37,500 nt of DNA, taken from assembly GCA_039815185.1 (NCBI GenBank), contig JBCBZT010000063.1, positions 1 to 37,500 of the forward strand, read 5' to 3'. Position numbers and translations under genes: made by a program. Every line of letters starts with the position of its first letter. Position 1 is the first letter of the stretch. The stretch is from Cyanobacteria bacterium P01_A01_bin.123 (GTDB taxonomy: Bacteria; Cyanobacteriota; Cyanobacteriia; Phormidesmidales; Phormidesmidaceae). Below are positions 1 through 9,685 of the stretch, piece by piece. The notes under the pieces were generated by a model. That model did no database searches, was not told the DNA's origin, and was given only the letters and a program-made list of their open reading frames with translations.

Positions 1-308
1 ATTACCTGTTGTGGCGCTTGAAAATCAATGGGTTCAAGGGGCGTCAGTACCTCTAAATAGATGTCTTTAGCACTGTTGATTTGATAATGGTGATCGGCTT
101 CTGACCATCCCCAATAGCGCACCCCGCCCTGTCCAACATCGGGAACCCAGAAGGCAACTTCAGTTAAACCATCTGGACGATAATAGGCTCCCAACCGGGT
201 TGCCAAGATCTTAGCTCGACCCAAGAAGTTATCATCTGCATAGGTAAAAGCAGCAACCCAGTTCAAAAACTCCTGAGTTGCCGCTTCAACCAGAGTGATT
301 TCTGTCAT
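1..308 (-). CDS. gghA: glucosylglycerol hydrolase (5' part; runs off the left edge)
   Basis: Not in ORF track; manual translation from ATG at 308: MTEITLVEAATQEFLNW...LATRLGAYYRPDGLTEVAFWVP...IYLEVLTPLEPIDFQAPQQV, open to base 1; resembles recalled GghA/Slr1670 N-terminal motifs (RLGAHY..DGLTE.GFW.P, IYLEV.TP). Confidence 0.75.
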   Translation of the reverse strand, partial: MTEITLVEAATQEFLNWVAAFTYADDNFLGRAKILATRLGAYYRPDGLTEVAFWVPDVGQGGVRYWGWSEADHHYQINSAKDIYLEVLTPLEPIDFQAPQQV

Positions 309-459
309 GGTGTACCTGTTGTGAGTTCTGAAGAGCAGTCACCAGACTATCAAACGATGGCGAGTTCTGATTCAGTCGCGCTCGATAAAGAGGAGTGTGG
401 TGTTTTTAGAAAAGAGACTCTTAAAATAAATTCACTCCCTCCCTCGCTCCCACACGCTC

Positions 460-1065
460 ATGATCGCCTCACCCCAGCCACCCCTCACTCCAGAAGACTA
501 TCTCCAGCTAGAAGCCCAAAGCCCGATCAAACATGAATACATCGACGGCGAAGCCTACGCCATGGCCGGAGCCAGCGATGCCCATGTCACCATTGCTCTA
601 AACCTGGCGTCCTTACTCCGCAGCCATATGCGCGGGACAAGTTGCCGGGTTTATATTGCCGATATGAAAGCCCGCATCGAAGCCCACGATCGCTTTTACT
701 ATCCCGACGTTATGGTGACCTGCGACCCTCGTGATCAGGAAACCTCGACCTACAAACGCTATCCCAAGCTGATTATTGAAGTCCTCTCGGACTCTACAGA
801 AGCATTCGACCGGGGTGACAAATTTGCCGACTACCAAGCCCTAGACAGCTTAGAAGAATATGTTTTGATTAATACTCGCCATCAGCGAGTCGAATGCTTT
901 CGCCGCAATCAAGCCGGACTCTGGGTGTTACAGTACTACACTGCCGAGACGGAGCGCTTTCACCTAGACAGCGTTGAATTTTCAGATACCTTTGCCACTT
1001 TATACGAAGACGTAACCCTAGAAACAACTCCAACTTCACCCAATCAATCCCCAATACAGCCTTAA
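460..1065 (+). CDS. Uma2 family (DUF820) endonuclease
   Basis: KHEYIDGE.YAMAGAS..H, YYPDVMVTCD, LIIEVLSDSTEAFDRGDKF..Y motifs. Confidence 0.93.
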   Translation: MIASPQPPLTPEDYLQLEAQSPIKHEYIDGEAYAMAGASDAHVTIALNLASLLRSHMRGTSCRVYIADMKARIEAHDRFYYPDVMVTCDPRDQETSTYKRYPKLIIEVLSDSTEAFDRGDKFADYQALDSLEEYVLINTRHQRVECFRRNQAGLWVLQYYTAETERFHLDSVEFSDTFATLYEDVTLETTPTSPNQSPIQP

Positions 1066-1150
1066 CGGAAGAGGTTAAGCCTTAATGTTTAAGCTTTTCC
1101 CGCTTTTACTCTCAATTTTATTCAGAGTGAACTAAGCCACACGAGAACTG

Positions 1151-2719
1151 TTATTCCCTGTCAATATCGTGTTCTCCGCCTCTTACTCCTTTCACGATAC
1201 GTGAGAGCTCACTTTTTTCATCCACGGCAATTCGCGTTGGTGCACCGCTGATGATGCGCTCCAAGTTGCGGAAGGAGTCTTTAATTTCAGGCCCGTGGGC
1301 GCTAATTGTATACTCACGAATACCTTTGTCATGCCAAGACCCCCGCATTTTGAAGACATTGATTGCCCGCGACATTTCCCCGCGAATCTCAACGTACTGC
1401 AACATCAAAATTGTGTCCGTGATTGTGGAGATATGGGAATCCGTAATCGAATGGGAGCCCATAAACTGTTCCGTCGTGTTCGTGAAGAAGCCCGTGATTT
1501 CTTCTTGCTTGGCATAGCCTGTAACCCCAATCACAAACTGCCGAAACGAGTTGTTACTCACACCGCGATCGAGTGCCGAAAGCGAATCAATGGCAATGCG
1601 TGACGGTTTGAACTGAGTAATCTCAGATTTAATGATCTGAAGATGGTCTTCTAATCCGGCAGATTCTGGATAGGCACAAATAATCTTAAGTAGCCCCCGC
1701 TGCTCTAGCTCCTCAAAATCAATCCCCCAGGAGCTTGCATTGCGAAAGAGTTGTGCCCGTGATTCTTCATAGGCAAATAGAATCGCTCGCTCTCCAGCCC
1801 GACAAGCATCTTCTAAAAATTTGCTGACTAATAGAGTCTTCCCGGTTCCCGTGGCTCCCGTGGCTAAAATGATTGAGTCCTTGAAGAACCCACCCCCACA
1901 CATTTTGTCCAGCGTTTGCACGCCAGAGGACACCCGCACATTCGAAGAACGCTGGGTAAGACGCATTGCCCCCAAGGGAAAGATACTAATGCCCTGGTCG
2001 GTCATTGTGAAGGGATACTCTCCCTTCATGTGAGTGGTTCCCCGCAGTTTGAGAATCTCAATTGTTCGCCGTCTGCGTTCACCCTCTAGCACATTGCGCA
2101 CTACCACCACATTATCTGAAACAAATTCTTCGACGCCAAAGCGGGCGACAGGCCCATATTCGTCAACACGCTCCGTCGTCATTAAGGTTGTTGCATTAAC
2201 CTGTTTCAAACGAGCCACTAAGCGAAAAATTTCTCGACGCACGACTGACGCTGCATCGTACTGCTGAAAAACCGCCGTTACTGAGTCGATGGAAACACGC
2301 CTAGCTTTATATTTCCGAATTGCATATTGGATGCGTTCAATTAGAGCAGAGAGATCAAAATTACCGACAACATCCTGGCCTTCCGGATCGGGAGAGGCAT
2401 CCAAGATAAACAATTTGCCCTCATCCACAAGCTGTTGTAGGTCCCAACCAAAACTATGAGCGTTTTTAATCACGTCGACAGGGGCTTCTTCAAAAGTCAC
2501 AAAGATCCCAGGCTCATCGAAATGAATAATGCCGTGGTAAAGAAACTGAACCGCTATCAACGTTTTGCCTGTCCCAGAAGTGCCGCTGACCAAAGTCGTT
2601 CGACCCACAGGTAGGCCACCATGGCTAATGTCATCAAACCCCTCAATCATGGTGCGAATTTTTTGCACGCCTGTAGAGGTTCTCTTCGCAGGTTTATCGC
2701 TTTGAGCGGGTTGGTTCAT
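1151..2719 (-). CDS. kaiC: circadian clock protein KaiC
   Basis: Two RecA-like domains ([16 protein letters not shown]), DSHISTITDT phosphosite region, KaiA-binding C-tail ELSRIVKGV; ATG at 2719 (in-frame GTG at 2722). Confidence 0.98.
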   Translation of the reverse strand: MNQPAQSDKPAKRTSTGVQKIRTMIEGFDDISHGGLPVGRTTLVSGTSGTGKTLIAVQFLYHGIIHFDEPGIFVTFEEAPVDVIKNAHSFGWDLQQLVDEGKLFILDASPDPEGQDVVGNFDLSALIERIQYAIRKYKARRVSIDSVTAVFQQYDAASVVRREIFRLVARLKQVNATTLMTTERVDEYGPVARFGVEEFVSDNVVVVRNVLEGERRRRTIEILKLRGTTHMKGEYPFTMTDQGISIFPLGAMRLTQRSSNVRVSSGVQTLDKMCGGGFFKDSIILATGATGTGKTLLVSKFLEDACRAGERAILFAYEESRAQLFRNASSWGIDFEELEQRGLLKIICAYPESAGLEDHLQIIKSEITQFKPSRIAIDSLSALDRGVSNNSFRQFVIGVTGYAKQEEITGFFTNTTEQFMGSHSITDSHISTITDTILMLQYVEIRGEMSRAINVFKMRGSWHDKGIREYTISAHGPEIKDSFRNLERIISGAPTRIAVDEKSELSRIVKGVRGGEHDIDRE

Positions 2720-2896
2720 CACTTTTTAGGCACAGGATTTGAAATACGAGTAGCATCGATCTTTATTCAACCAGACTTCACCACAACTTGACCATTGATT
2801 TAGACCCCAGCTACATCTAGATTCATTATCTTTCTCTAGTAGAGGCGAAGAACCTTTCACCCCTATCCAAGGTTTCAAACCGGAGGGGATTTAGGT

Positions 2897-3232
2897 CTAG
2901 ACTTCCTCCCCGCCACCGAGTCTGTAAGCGTCATCCTCAAGCAGTTCGTCATAGAGCAAATCCAGCCCGATCAGAACCCGCTCACGGTCAGACAAATCAC
3001 CAATGATCTTTCGTACGGGTGGCGGCAAAATCTTCGATAACGTAGGCGTCGCTAGAATTTTATCTTCCTCAGCCAATTGGGGGTTTTTGAGCACATCAAT
3101 GACCTTCAAAGCGTAAACCCCCTGAAACTCTCGCTCCAAAATATTATTCAGTGTCTTTAAAGCACGAATAGAATTGGGCGTATTTCCAGCGACATAGAGC
3201 TTGAGAATATAGGTTTTCTTGAGGGGACTCAT
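2897..3232 (-). CDS. kaiB: circadian clock protein KaiB
   Basis: [16 protein letters not shown]...[30 protein letters not shown]. Confidence 0.98.
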   Translation of the reverse strand: MSPLKKTYILKLYVAGNTPNSIRALKTLNNILEREFQGVYALKVIDVLKNPQLAEEDKILATPTLSKILPPPVRKIIGDLSDRERVLIGLDLLYDELLEDDAYRLGGGEEV

Positions 3233-3346
3233 AATTAAAAATTATTAATCAGGCCATGGACTAGGAAACAGTTGCAGTCATTAGCGAAGTTTGATCTCTT
3301 AAGCTGATCATTAGCCGTACCATAAAGCGCAGATAGTAAATGGTTA

Positions 3347-4279
3347 TCAACCATCTGTCACTCTGGGAATGGAACGACGATACATTTCGCACAGATGGGC
3401 AATTACATCGATTAAAGTTAACCGATAATCTAGCAAGATATCTTCACTCCTACCCTCTAGTTGAAGCTGCTTTGAGAAACTGTCCATCAGATCCATGTGA
3501 ATTTCGACAACTTGAGAAACTGCAATATCCGCAAAAAATGCTGCATTCACATAACTGTCAATTTTTTGATTAAGCGTATTATCTTTAGAAAAGTAGCCTA
3601 AGATAATTTCGCGATAATCTGAACTCAGTTGCTCAAGAAACTGATGTCTCTCGACACGGGTCATGCTTCTAAAAAAGTTTTGCGGGTTACGCTTATAGTA
3701 AACGCCAAGATATCCGAGACGCTCTTTAAGCTTTTCAGCTAGTCTTTTCTGCTGCTTTGCTAACCCAGAATTTTCCATATCTTTCGGGCTATCAGCCCTA
3801 TCAGTTCCAGCTGAAGCTTCCAATTCATTTACCTTAAGAGATGCAGGCAACTGTAGGAAACAATCAATAGCCTGATGGATCGATCGATCAATCTTATCTA
3901 GACCACTCTCACTCACATGAACGACTGCACTATGATACGGACGTGAGCTATTTTCAATGGAGTCACTCGATAACGTTTGTTCAGAAAAGGGGGGAGATCC
4001 AATATCTATAACCGTTTCAGATAACTCATCGGCCTCAATCATCACGGTCGGCAATAAAATTTTTTGGGTCTTAAGTTCAGTGAGTAGTTCCACTAAGGAT
4101 GGCGTTTGCTCTAACAGCAAACAATCAATTTTGGGATTATTTTTGGCGACCACTGCTAGGAAATCGTTGACCTCTTGATTCCAGACGACATCATAAGCTT
4201 CACTGCTAAGAGCAGCTTGAAGGGCACTCGCATACTTGGGGGTTTGAATGAAAGTTGTGATCAAGAAATGAGAAGGCAA
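3347..4279 (-). CDS. kaiA: circadian clock protein KaiA (full length, N-terminal pseudo-receiver)
   Basis: LAEKLKERLGYLGVYYKRNP, QLEGRSEDILLDYRLTLIDVIAHLCEMYRRSIPR; TTG start (start position less certain). Confidence 0.96.
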   Translation of the reverse strand: MPSHFLITTFIQTPKYASALQAALSSEAYDVVWNQEVNDFLAVVAKNNPKIDCLLLEQTPSLVELLTELKTQKILLPTVMIEADELSETVIDIGSPPFSEQTLSSDSIENSSRPYHSAVVHVSESGLDKIDRSIHQAIDCFLQLPASLKVNELEASAGTDRADSPKDMENSGLAKQQKRLAEKLKERLGYLGVYYKRNPQNFFRSMTRVERHQFLEQLSSDYREIILGYFSKDNTLNQKIDSYVNAAFFADIAVSQVVEIHMDLMDSFSKQLQLEGRSEDILLDYRLTLIDVIAHLCEMYRRSIPRVTDG

Positions 4280-4734
4280 AGCGGGATCTTCTTATTTGAC
4301 GTTTTTATCTGAGGGTTGACTGTAAGATCATGAAGTTGGCTATTCAGGAAAGGGATTAGCCGCTAATGATGGCTAAGCACTGAAGTTTAACCTTGCAAAG
4401 TTTGGCAAAACCATAAAAATACTTAACAATCATTATAATGGGAAAAGGTTCTTAATCATCGAGCTAGCCACCATAATCAAGAAAGGGTGACTAGGAGCCT
4501 AACGTGCTTGAGTTTTATAAATGCGGTACCTCTGCAAGCATCAATGGATGCAAGGCAGTACATCTGCAAATTTAGACCATCCTGGTTGTTCGGAGGCTAG
4601 GTCACCACGGTGTTAACGGAGGGGGCAGGGCTACTTAAAGCGGGATGGCAGATATCGGCATCGGCCTTCATTCTTTTTGCCTCTGACTGAAACTTGCTGT
4701 TGTGCTGAGGAAGAAACGCTGGGCTGCTAACACT

Positions 4735-7446
4735 ATGGTTATTCCTTCCCTAGCCGAATTTTTAATTCGCGCACCGAGTTGCGCTCAAGGTAGTAACCTC
4801 CAAACGTTACTGGATCAGTGTCATCACACAGCGGCGAGTCGTTCGAGTCAGTATTGTGTGCTGCTTCATTCCAGTGGCCGCCCCGTTAGCTGTGTCGGTA
4901 TTGCCCAAGTTCTGGCTTACATAAGTGATCGTCAGAGATCGGTACTGGGGGTGGATGACCGTCGTATTTCTCCCCCAATCTCTGCTCTAGAGCCTCCTAG
5001 TCCTAAGCGACAGGGTTCGACATTGCCTTTGGACACTCATCAACCTTTGCAGCAAGCCATTCCTCACCTGATCGAAGCTATCGGTTTATTATCTGCCCAG
5101 ACACCACTTGATCAGGTTTGGTCTTCACTACGCCAGCGTCAAGTTTGGGTTCTCGTCGATGCCCAGCAACACTATCTCGGGCTCTTAGACAGTTGGGCTG
5201 TGTTGAAATTTTTAGCCGATGGCGCTGACGACAATCAGCATTCTTTGGGGCTAATCAACAACTTTCCTAGGTTAACGCCAGAACTCCAAGCGGCTGAACC
5301 GATTACGCCGATGCCAAGAACTTTAGCAAAAACTTCGGGGCCGACTTGGGTAACTTTAGTCACAGCCTTTGCCGACAGCCCTCTGCCAGTGATGTTTCAA
5401 AGCAGTGCAGGTCAAATTCTCAGCCGTAACTTAGCTTGGGAAAAACACTTCGGGACTTGGAAACCCTGGCAATCTGCGGCGGCAAGTAATTCAGGCACTG
5501 CTTTGGCCGTCTCGATCGCCCATCAGGATGAACTGGGTTTGGGTAGTGGCAATCCCAAGTCGCGATCGCATTTAGATATTGATATTCGACAAACACGGGT
5601 CTGTGATATCAACGAAGTTTGTGGACAGTGGGAAATTATCCGCATTCCAATTTTGACAAATCTCAGGCTTGATTCGACAACGACGCTCTCATCCAGGCAG
5701 TCTCACCCCATTAGTCTGGAACTGGCTACTGAGCTTGAGGCTCTGGTATCTGACCCTAAATCAGGGCATCTACCGCACACCGAGCAATCCGCCAACACTT
5801 CAAATGAAACCATCTGGTTATGCCTAGGCCAACCTCACACATCAGGGGGGACGGTTCCGGAAACTTGGCAGCAGCAAACGTCAGAGTCCTCGGCCAATCA
5901 CCTCAAAGATGAACTTTTAGGGTGCCTTAACCATGAGCTTAAAAGTGCGATTACGGCCTTACTAGGTCTATCTACACTGTTACTCGATTCTCGGATCGGG
6001 CACCTGGATGAACGACAGACGCGCTATACCCGATTGATTCATCACAATGCCCAAAACCTTAAAGCCACTGTCAATGAAATCCTGGATGTGACGCGGGCTG
6101 TCTCGGGTCAAATGGCACTCACGCCAACGCCAGTAGATTTAGAAACTTTGATTCAGGGAGCCATCACTCAGGCCCAAGCCTATAACTGCTTGAGGCGCAA
6201 ACTCGAGTCAGGGGAGGCACTCGACGCCAGCGATCGCGTTGACTACAGCATTCAAGCCGGTTTGGAAGCGATCTTCGTGGATGAGCTGCGAGTTCGGCAG
6301 ATGCTGACCCATCTCTTAAGTAATGCTTTTAAGTACACTCCATTTCCAGGCAAAGTAGGCGTCACCGTTGAACGCTGGAGTGAATGGATTGCCATAACCG
6401 TCTGGGATACCGGTTATGGCATCGATTCTAATCAACAACCGTTGGTGTTTCATCGCTTGCAGTGGTTAGACAATAATATTTCACCCTTATTTCTAGGGCC
6501 AGGGGTCGGGCTATTGTTAACGCGGCAACTGGCTCACTTACAGGGTGGGGAACTGACCTTCCAATCTCGCCCTGGCGTTGGGAGCCAATTTACTATTTTG
6601 TTGCCCTATCGCTCTCCCAAACGAGTTCATTCCTCCGGGTTCCTCAATAGACCGTCCCGAAGTAGTCGATTAGCGGTTTTGATTGACACGGATGTAGCTG
6701 CGATCGCGGCATTTTCTAAGCAACTCCAGGACTTAGGCTACCGCGTTGCGATCGCCCGCTCTAGCCAAGAAGCCATTGATAAAACCTTGAGGTTAAGACC
6801 CTGCGCTGTATTTCTCCGTCCCGCGCCTACCCTTGAGCGGCAGTCAGTGCTGCAACACCTCAGGCAGCACGACGAGATTGCCGAACTGCCAATCATTACC
6901 CTAAGCACTCATCAATCCGACACAACTCCGCTAGCGCAAGAAACCATAGAGACACCCATCTCTAACGAATCACTGCGTGAGATTTTGCAGAAACAAACGG
7001 CTGTGACGGTCAGTCCAACGACTAATCTTGAGAACCCTCAACTGACCGTGCTCTATCTCAAACCCCCTAGTCAGCTCAGAACCCCTGAACATGAAAGTGA
7101 TTTGAGCCTTTTACTCCAACACTATGACTGCCGAATTTTAGAAGTCGATGACATCGAACAAGCAGATTTACTGGTATTGATCTGGAAACCCAAGGTTGTC
7201 CTGCTAGACCCAGGATTAGATCAAAACCCGATGACAATCTTCCAACAAATTAGTTGCCAGTCTAACTTAGCGACCCTGCCTTTGGTTACCTTGACGGGAG
7301 CCATGACCCAAGCTGCAAACAGTTTCTCGAACCTAGCCGTCTATCCTTATCTGGCTCCCCTTGGCCCCAATGTCTGGGCAACGGCAGAAGCGTCTCCCTT
7401 AATTGACGTACTCAACATTGCGGCAACTCAAGGGGGGGTACAGTAA
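4735..7446 (+). CDS. hybrid sensor histidine kinase with two atypical receiver-like domains
   Basis: H-box NHELKS, N-box LLSNAFKYT, G1 WDTGYGI, G2 GPGVGL; two C-terminal REC-like folds; ATG at 4735 preferred over GTG at 4702. Confidence 0.88.
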   Translation: MVIPSLAEFLIRAPSCAQGSNLQTLLDQCHHTAASRSSQYCVLLHSSGRPVSCVGIAQVLAYISDRQRSVLGVDDRRISPPISALEPPSPKRQGSTLPLDTHQPLQQAIPHLIEAIGLLSAQTPLDQVWSSLRQRQVWVLVDAQQHYLGLLDSWAVLKFLADGADDNQHSLGLINNFPRLTPELQAAEPITPMPRTLAKTSGPTWVTLVTAFADSPLPVMFQSSAGQILSRNLAWEKHFGTWKPWQSAAASNSGTALAVSIAHQDELGLGSGNPKSRSHLDIDIRQTRVCDINEVCGQWEIIRIPILTNLRLDSTTTLSSRQSHPISLELATELEALVSDPKSGHLPHTEQSANTSNETIWLCLGQPHTSGGTVPETWQQQTSESSANHLKDELLGCLNHELKSAITALLGLSTLLLDSRIGHLDERQTRYTRLIHHNAQNLKATVNEILDVTRAVSGQMALTPTPVDLETLIQGAITQAQAYNCLRRKLESGEALDASDRVDYSIQAGLEAIFVDELRVRQMLTHLLSNAFKYTPFPGKVGVTVERWSEWIAITVWDTGYGIDSNQQPLVFHRLQWLDNNISPLFLGPGVGLLLTRQLAHLQGGELTFQSRPGVGSQFTILLPYRSPKRVHSSGFLNRPSRSSRLAVLIDTDVAAIAAFSKQLQDLGYRVAIARSSQEAIDKTLRLRPCAVFLRPAPTLERQSVLQHLRQHDEIAELPIITLSTHQSDTTPLAQETIETPISNESLREILQKQTAVTVSPTTNLENPQLTVLYLKPPSQLRTPEHESDLSLLLQHYDCRILEVDDIEQADLLVLIWKPKVVLLDPGLDQNPMTIFQQISCQSNLATLPLVTLTGAMTQAANSFSNLAVYPYLAPLGPNVWATAEASPLIDVLNIAATQGGVQ

Positions 7447-7521
7447 CACTCATTTGATGTCACGAGCTAACCGCTATCGACTGACCCACGGCATATCACT
7501 TGAGTCGAGAAATTCCGGTTA

Positions 7522-7627
7522 TATCGCGCTGGCCAGATTGCTTAATGCACCGAGCATCGCCAGGATACTGAGTCCACAAGCAATCTGGCTCGCGGTAACG
7601 TACAAAGCTTGGTGCGTTACCGCTATA
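7522..7627. repeat. ~105-bp structured dispersed repeat (MITE-like), copy 1
   Basis: About 90% identical (11 differences, manual alignment) to 30521..30625; ends TAT(C)GCG...CGCTATA; internal inverted repeats GCCAGATTGCTT/AAGCAATCTGGC and GCGGTAACG/CGTTACCGC. Confidence 0.9.
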
Positions 7628-7634
7628 AAAACAA

Positions 7635-7673
7635 CAGGAGCCAGAAGCTAGTCCCTAAAGCTTCTGACTCCTG
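7635..7673. terminator. hairpin between convergent genes, possible bidirectional terminator
   Basis: CAGGAGCCAGAAGCT-N9-AGCTTCTGACTCCTG (15-bp stem, one mismatch); no strong U-tract. Confidence 0.5.
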
Positions 7674-7724
7674 ACTTCTATCCCAAGAGCAGCCTACGGT
7701 TCTGCCGAGGCCACTTCTTTCAGG

Positions 7725-7949
7725 CTATCGCCTAATGCGCTCTGGCAAAGACACCGATTCCACCCATATTACTGGGCGAGTCGAGGAGATAACCGCTTCA
7801 ACATCTTTTGAATCTCGATTGGGAGAGGGCTGAGGGTTAGAAAAAATTGGCATTTCTTGACGACAACCACTGCACAACCAGTATGCGCCGCCGGTTCTCA
7901 TGTGCTGTAGTAGCGTGCTGCCGCAGCAAGGACACGTTTGTTCGGGCAT
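7725..7949 (-). CDS. small Zn-ribbon protein (CPCC...CxxC)
   Basis: MPEQTCPCCGSTLLQHMRTGGAYWLCSGCRQEMP; GGAGG upstream of ATG 7949; resembles a recurrent cyanobacterial hypothetical family. Confidence 0.72.
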   Translation of the reverse strand: MPEQTCPCCGSTLLQHMRTGGAYWLCSGCRQEMPIFSNPQPSPNRDSKDVEAVISSTRPVIWVESVSLPERIRR

Positions 7950-8042
7950 TCCCCTGACCTCCATGGATAACATGACATAAACATCGTCCATCTAGAGCGC
8001 GATAGTCCTTGGCATAGCCACTCCATCAAGGTTAGGCCAGCT

Positions 8043-9197
8043 TTAGAGGGCGATCGCGGCCGAATAGGCGGAACAATTACGGATTTGCCAATCATCTAGT
8101 ACCTTGCCATAGGCAGCCTCGTAACGTTCAACCATGCGTTGAACACTAAAGTGACGGGCAACTAGATCTCGACAATCCTGACGATTTAACCCTTCAATCT
8201 TTAATACTGCCTCAACCATCTGATCAAGACTGTCGCAGAGAAAACCAGTTTTACCTTGAACAATCACTTCCGTCGCTGCCCCTAGTGGTGTTGTGAGTAC
8301 AGGTGTACCGACTGCCATCGATTCCACCATAACTTGTCCAAAAGGCTGATCTAAAGTCAGGGGGAAGAGCGTAGCGCAAGCATCACTCAAAAGATATTGC
8401 TTGCCCAGATGATCAACCTCACCCCAGTAGTCAATCAAGTGACCATCAATGTGTGGCGCAATTTCAGTGTCAAAAAAGGGGCGATCGCTCTCTTCAATTC
8501 TGCCAGCCAGTTTTAGGGGCATGCCCGAGCGTTTAGCAACCTCAATTGCTAAATGAGGGCCCTGGTGAGGCGACATCCTGCCTAAAAACGCTAGGTAGGG
8601 CGCTGGGGGCACAATCGGCTCTGGCTTAATTTCCTGATCGCTTGCTGTAGCCTCTGGCAACACTGATATCTGAGGATTAAACGGATAATCCGCTAGGCTG
8701 ACACCGCTGTAAACCGTGCGAATGTAGTTGATATCTGGCCCCCCTTGGCGTTGCCCCTCGCTGATGCTGATGAAATTGTGGGTTCGGTATCGAGCACAGC
8801 GCTGGTAAATTTTGGGGTTAAAACTACCGTAGAGGGTATACAGCGTGGGCACAGCTAACGTTTCAGCTAGCTCAAAGGGGGGATCAACCGTATGAAAGTG
8901 AATTAAATCAAACTGATCGGCAAGATTTCGAATTTGATCCCATTGCTGGCCCTGGATAGCTTCAATAACGCTGTAATCTTCACCGCTACTCACTGCCTGA
9001 AGCGCTTGAGCAAAAGCCCTGCCAGGCGGAACCACTGCTGGGTTCATCAGGATCTGAGACCCTTCTAATGCAAACAATGTAACTTGGTGACCCCGATGCA
9101 CCAGGGCATTCGTTAAGACCCCCACCGCTGTTTCAATACCGGCGTGCCCTTGGGAATGGGCAAGCATCTGTAAGGGGGCAATTTGAGCAATTCGCAT
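8043..9197 (-). CDS. glycosyltransferase family 4 (GT-B)
   Basis: MRIAQIAPL, YLAFLGRMSP.QG.HLAI, PFGQVMVESMAVGTPV, GKTGF. Confidence 0.92.
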   Translation of the reverse strand: MRIAQIAPLQMLAHSQGHAGIETAVGVLTNALVHRGHQVTLFALEGSQILMNPAVVPPGRAFAQALQAVSSGEDYSVIEAIQGQQWDQIRNLADQFDLIHFHTVDPPFELAETLAVPTLYTLYGSFNPKIYQRCARYRTHNFISISEGQRQGGPDINYIRTVYSGVSLADYPFNPQISVLPEATASDQEIKPEPIVPPAPYLAFLGRMSPHQGPHLAIEVAKRSGMPLKLAGRIEESDRPFFDTEIAPHIDGHLIDYWGEVDHLGKQYLLSDACATLFPLTLDQPFGQVMVESMAVGTPVLTTPLGAATEVIVQGKTGFLCDSLDQMVEAVLKIEGLNRQDCRDLVARHFSVQRMVERYEAAYGKVLDDWQIRNCSAYSAAIAL

Positions 9198-9685
9198 GGG
9201 TTAACCTTCTACCTCATCAACGCAGCGACTTCAGGAGCAACTGTGTGAGTTGCGATAGATGTCCATCACTTACAAAACCGTCGAATTTGCCATGGACGAA
9301 ATAAATCGACATTGGCGTTGACAGAACTTAACCACAAAATGTTGCATAAGTTCACACCGAATTTAGCCCGAGTGGAGAAAAGTGGCTATTGATCCCAATT
9401 CGGTTAACCGAACCTCAACCGGATAGTCCAGGTTGCAGCTCGGGAGTCCTAACCGGGTTCAACTTGGATCAACATTGAACGAACAGTGAGGGGATCGCCA
9501 ATGAACACAAGCGATCCCCTCGTCGCAATCAAGCCACACCTTGCCCAAAAGTCTTTACGACCAGAAACGATGCATTGAGATACGAATGAGCGTTATAGAT
9601 GCCTGTTGGCATACCCTCCAAGTTCCCGGTAACTGCCCTCAGCATTTATGCTGAAAACATCGAGAAAGCATTTGGACGCTGATCT

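Noticed and set aside
321..536. 71-aa ORF
   Set aside because: Overlaps the Uma2 gene in another frame and the divergent promoter region; no recognisable motif.
2859..2890. Imperfect hairpin between kaiB and kaiC
   Set aside because: Bulged and weak; cannot be supported as a functional element.
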